From NCBI GenBank assembly GCA_964387895.1, contig CAYLWX010000003.1, positions 1,277-50,447 of the forward strand: a DNA stretch of 49,171 nt, written 5' to 3'. Under the pieces are notes generated by a model. It was given only the letters and a program-made list of their open reading frames with translations, made no database searches and was not told where the DNA came from. Origin of the DNA: an uncultured Bdellovibrionales bacterium. Its GTDB lineage: Bacteria; Patescibacteriota; Minisyncoccia; Moranbacterales; UBA2206. Positions 45,676 through 49,171 of this stretch are shown here, one piece after another. Positions within the stretch are counted from its first letter, which is position 1. Each line of letters begins with the position of its first letter. Both the position numbers and the translations under genes were made by a program.

Positions 45676-45790
45676 TTTTTATACCTTCCATTGACCCCTG
45701 CCGCAGTGAGTTTTATACTGATATGATAAGGACTAAAAAACTTGTAGTATAGACAAAAAATATTATTTATACTATGAGTCTGAAATAATA
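45676..45790 (+). repeat. promoter-bearing direct repeat, copy 2
   Basis: Matches 44252-44363; runs into the ATG at 45790. Confidence 0.85.
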
Positions 45791-46653
45791 TGAAATTACA
45801 TGAACAAATGCATATCTATACCCGTTCGGGAGGGAAGAAGCTGGAGAATTTTGAAAAACCGGTCTTGCTTCCGAAACTGGGAGATGATGACGCGGCTTCG
45901 CACGCGTGGGCGGATGCCCGTTTCGCGACGGATATTATGGCTGAGCACGGATTATTCTTCGCGCTTCTGATGCCTGAAGAATTAGCAGCCAGGGAACGGA
46001 GAGAAGCGCTTCGTTTTTCCAAAAAATTTTCTGAGATTCACAAGAAAGTTGACGGTATGAGTTTAGACAGAGGAGATATACAGTCGTTTGTCAGAAATAT
46101 CATCGGGGAAATGGATGAATTTATCGAGTATAAACGCGCGCAACAGAAAGCACAGGAATCCGGGAAGCTTCGCAGTCTGGTCTGGCCGCTCTTTTTTGAG
46201 CATACCAGACATGAAGCGGAACGATGGGTAAAGCGGTTAAAACGTTTAGTTAAAGGTGAATCAGTATTTGAACGTTCGGAAGTGGTACCGTTCTGGACGA
46301 ACATCATGGAAGAGCATGCCCGTTTTGTGGCGCACTTGCTTGATCCGGATGAATTTGAACTGATTGATACGGCTATGAAAACCAGTCGCGTATTTTCTGA
46401 AATGGAAAAGGGCGGTATGCGGGGAGTGATTAATGCGGCAAGGAAAGAACCGTCTACGGTGGTGGAATCAATGAGGTCAAACCCTGATGTTGACGCGGTA
46501 ATGAGCGCGGCAGAGACTATTCTGGATTTCAAGACCAAAGCGGCGAGAGATATTGAAAAAGCAAAGATTAAGAGTATCATCGACCCGCGTTTGGCGGATC
46601 ACGTGAGAAGAGAGTCGATAAAGTTTGTGGATGAATTGAAGCGGGCGGTGTAA
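45790..46653 (+). CDS. DUF2935-like protein
   Basis: Duplicated IM.EH..F motif with EH..HEA / DH..RE. Confidence 0.75.
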   Translation: MKLHEQMHIYTRSGGKKLENFEKPVLLPKLGDDDAASHAWADARFATDIMAEHGLFFALLMPEELAARERREALRFSKKFSEIHKKVDGMSLDRGDIQSFVRNIIGEMDEFIEYKRAQQKAQESGKLRSLVWPLFFEHTRHEAERWVKRLKRLVKGESVFERSEVVPFWTNIMEEHARFVAHLLDPDEFELIDTAMKTSRVFSEMEKGGMRGVINAARKEPSTVVESMRSNPDVDAVMSAAETILDFKTKAARDIEKAKIKSIIDPRLADHVRRESIKFVDELKRAV

Positions 46654-46662
46654 AGTTCCAGG

Positions 46663-47259
46663 TTATGAATTATGAGTTTCAGAATTCCCAATCGCTTTCA
46701 ACACTTTTGGAATCCTCTTGAAGTCTTTAATCAACGTTTTCCGCATACTGCCGTTGTAGAGCGCGGCGGCGGGGTGGTAGAGAGCGTAGAAAACGCGTCT
46801 TCCGATTTCGGGCATGGCGCGGCGGAAGGCTTGTCCGTGGATCTCCGAAATTTTTCGGTCGGGAAGAAACTTCTCCATGCTGTGGCGTCCCAGTGTGACG
46901 ATAATTTTCGGGTCAATTAGTTTTATTTGTTCCATAAGCCATGGCCAGCACATTTCAATTTCTTCCAGCAGAGGGTCGCGATTGTTGGGCGGGCGGCATT
47001 TTACTATATTGGCAATGTAGACTTCTTCTCTTTTCATTTCTATCGCGCTAAGCATTTCATCTAAAAATTTTCCCGCGGCGCCGACAAACGGACGGCCCAG
47101 TTCGTCTTCTTTTTTCCCCGGGCCTTCGCCAATAAACATAATCTCGGCAGACGCGCTGCCTTCGCCCGAAACGACGCGGTTACAGCCGGGACGCAGGGCA
47201 CATTCTGAACACTCGGACATCTTTTTGTTGAGTTCGTCGAGTTGTTTTTGTTTGTCCAT
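46663..47259 (-). CDS. uracil-DNA glycosylase family 4 (4Fe-4S)
   Basis: CSEC, GEGPG..ED, PFVG.AG, NIVKCRPP.NRDP, YHPAA. Confidence 0.95.
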   Translation of the reverse strand: MDKQKQLDELNKKMSECSECALRPGCNRVVSGEGSASAEIMFIGEGPGKKEDELGRPFVGAAGKFLDEMLSAIEMKREEVYIANIVKCRPPNNRDPLLEEIEMCWPWLMEQIKLIDPKIIVTLGRHSMEKFLPDRKISEIHGQAFRRAMPEIGRRVFYALYHPAAALYNGSMRKTLIKDFKRIPKVLKAIGNSETHNS

Positions 47260-47274
47260 AATTCAGAAGGCCAA

Positions 47275-47357
47275 AGTCTAAATCAAGTCTAAAATCTAAA
47301 AATTTATAATTTAGAATTTATACTTGATTTGTAATTTAGATTTTAGAATTTAGACTT
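47275..47357. repeat. 7-nt-period TCTAAA/TTTAGA inverted repeat element
   Basis: AAGTCTAAA..AAGTCTAAAATCTAAA ... TTTAGATTTTAGAATTTAGACTT. Confidence 0.65.
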
Positions 47358-47858
47358 TTAAATACCGTGTATTCTCACCAACTCAAATCTCCCGCTTTCT
47401 GTGTTCCATACCGCGAATGTCGGCGGGTATATTTCTCCCGCGACATTGCCGGGATTGAGTAGTTTGCATCCGTCAACCATTTCTTCCCACGGTTTGTGCG
47501 TGTGGCCGTAAAACACAAAGTCATATTTTCCCGTGGCGCATAATTCTTTTGCTTCTTTGGGGAAGTGGATGAATGCAATCTTTTTTCCGCTGATTTCAGT
47601 TTCACCAAATTCTTGATATATACGCGACTTTTTATATATTCCAGCAAATTTTTTTTCCTGTAAGTATTCGTTATCCATATTTCCAAACGTGTAATGTATC
47701 GTACCTGAAAAGTTTTCATTCAAAAAATCCAGCGTTTCCATGGACGCGAGATCGCCGCAACAGATGATGGTCCTTATATCTTTTTGGGCGCAATAATCCA
47801 GAACTTTCTTCAAGTTTACAGTATTGTTGTGGATGTCTGAGATGATAGCTACTAGCAT
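47358..47858 (-). CDS. YfcE-family metallophosphoesterase
   Basis: SDIH, CGD, GNMD, H, GHTH, NPG. Confidence 0.92.
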   Translation of the reverse strand: MLVAIISDIHNNTVNLKKVLDYCAQKDIRTIICCGDLASMETLDFLNENFSGTIHYTFGNMDNEYLQEKKFAGIYKKSRIYQEFGETEISGKKIAFIHFPKEAKELCATGKYDFVFYGHTHKPWEEMVDGCKLLNPGNVAGEIYPPTFAVWNTESGRFELVRIHGI

Positions 47859-47924
47859 AATTGTCTGAACCACTGATTAACACGTGATCACACATGATTT
47901 CACTGATTATTTTCTTGCAAGTTC

Positions 47925-47972
47925 ATCCCAAGTACTCGGGATTGGAAATTGGATATTGGGAATTGGAAATTT
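47925..47972. repeat. 16-bp palindrome joined to a TTGGAAA repeat end
   Basis: ATCCCAAGTACTCGGGAT-TGGAAATTGGATATTGGGAATTGGAAATTT. Confidence 0.7.
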
Positions 47973-47988
47973 AAGGACAAATTTATAT

Positions 47989-48825
47989 TCACTCTTCTTT
48001 AAGATTGTCCCTTAGCTTTTTTAGTACCCCAATGTCCTCCATAACCCCTTCATGTTCCGTTTCAACTATCAAATCAACCTCCTGTTTTTTCGCGAAAGAA
48101 ACTATGTGTCGGAACGGTTCTGAACCTATGTATCCTTTGCCTAAATGTTCATGGCGATCACGGCGGGAGCCGAATTCTGTTTTGGAATCATTGCAGTGGA
48201 TTAATTTGATTTTATCTCTGCCGATTTCCCGGTCTATTTTCTTTATCGTTTCCTTGAAATTCCTCCAGTCGTAGCCGGACGCGAAGCTGTGCTGGGTGTC
48301 GAGGCATATTCCGGCGATGGCGGGACTTTTGACTTTATCCATAATTCGGGCGAGTTCCAAAAACGAGTCGCCGATGATGTTGCCCGCTCCCGCGCTGTTT
48401 TCAAAAAGCAGTCGCGTTTCTCCCTGGTAGCCCTCAAGAGATTTTTTGAGCATCTCGGCAGTCTTTTGAAACGCTTCTTCGTCAATGAGTTTTCCCGAGG
48501 AACCGAGATGAGTCATAACATATTTCGCGCCGATTTTAGATCCGCGTTCTAATTCATCCCGCACGACGCTGACGGATCCGTAGCGTACGCGATTATTTAC
48601 TGAAGCGAAGTTAATATAATATGGCGCGTGAATGTAGGCGCGGCGGATATTAAATTTTCCACTGTTCTTTTTAAACGCGGCAATAATTTCCGGAGTAAGT
48701 TCCGGCGCCTTTCCTCCCTGGGGAGGGCGGGTGAATATTTGCATCACTTCGCAACCTAATTCGGCTGCTCGTCTGGGAGCGAAAGTAATACTGCCGGCAG
48801 TGGAGATGTGAGCGCCGATATACAT
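47989..48825 (-). CDS. nfo: endonuclease IV
   Basis: IGAHIS, QIFT, HAPYYIN, HLGS, ENSAG, CLDTQH, HCNDSK, DRHEH. Confidence 0.95.
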   Translation of the reverse strand: MYIGAHISTAGSITFAPRRAAELGCEVMQIFTRPPQGGKAPELTPEIIAAFKKNSGKFNIRRAYIHAPYYINFASVNNRVRYGSVSVVRDELERGSKIGAKYVMTHLGSSGKLIDEEAFQKTAEMLKKSLEGYQGETRLLFENSAGAGNIIGDSFLELARIMDKVKSPAIAGICLDTQHSFASGYDWRNFKETIKKIDREIGRDKIKLIHCNDSKTEFGSRRDRHEHLGKGYIGSEPFRHIVSFAKKQEVDLIVETEHEGVMEDIGVLKKLRDNLKEE

Positions 48826-48853
48826 AGAAAATGTAAAGTTATACTTTCTCTTT

Positions 48854-49025
48854 TGTCATTCCCGCCCCCGTCTTCACGAGGGTAAACTCTGGCGGGAATC
48901 CAGGAGTATGCCACGTATTTTCCATATAATAATCCAACTATAGAATAAAAAGAATAAAAGTTAAATGTATTTTTTATTTCACTCGTTGATTTAAATCCTG
49001 GATTCCCGCCTACGCGGGAATGACA
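48854..49025. mobile_element. MITE/REPIN-like element, copy 3 (no outer TIR; insertion in the left hairpin loop)
   Basis: TGTCATTCCCGC[25 nt]GGCGGGAATCCAGGAGTATGCCACG ... CTGGATTCCCGCCTACGCGGGAATGACA. Confidence 0.8.
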
Positions 49026-49080
49026 TAGTGAGTTTATTTTAAATTTTACATTGTCACTTTGATTTTTACATTTTCAATTT

Positions 49081-49171
49081 TCAAACAATTTCCCATCCAC
49101 TCTCTGTTTCCACGATCTTTCCTTCAATCTCGAATCCGCTGGCTAATTTGTGGCCGCCTCCGCCGAAGATG
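49081..49171 (-). CDS. 3' end of a DHH/DHHA1 phosphoesterase (NrnA-like), truncated by the window edge
   Basis: IFGGGGHKLASGFEI (DHHA1 GGGH motif). Confidence 0.8.
   Translation of the reverse strand, partial: IFGGGGHKLASGFEIEGKIVETESGWEIV

Noticed and set aside
1212-49171. Genetic code 25 (TGA=Gly) or amber reassignment
   Set aside because: TGA and TAG end full-length genes (cca, the permease, nfo, DUF456), and the internal stops are of three different types

Overview
Bacterial chromosomal segment in genetic code 11 (TGA ends genes such as cca). Gene content and style suggest Patescibacteria/CPR (Parcubacteria-like); this is an inference, not a verified assignment. Housekeeping genes include cca, rarA, an RluA/RluD synthase, msrA, purC, rplS, trxB, family-4 UDG, nfo and a partial nrnA, plus 9 intact tRNAs (Arg-CCT, Leu-TAG, Leu-GAG, Val-TAC, Phe-GAA, Gly-GCC, Gly-CCC, Cys-GCA, Leu-TAA). 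There is no rRNA, CRISPR array, integrase or transposase. The most notable structure is non-genic. (1) In the tRNA cluster, a small GIY-YIG nuclease gene lies between a pseudo-tRNA-Val carrying a 16-bp palindrome and the intact tRNA-Val. (2) A ~6-kb island is punctuated by three tRNA-Gly(CCC) copies (truncated, chimeric, intact) and carries a redox operon and an MNT-HEPN toxin-antitoxin pair. (3) Up to seven accessory blocks are bracketed by short direct repeats of functional DNA (tRNA parts, promoters, terminators, gene ends), two of them collapsed at microhomologies. (4) Several families of empty palindromic or short-period repeats occur, some nested inside one another. Several genes carry single nonsense or frameshift lesions.
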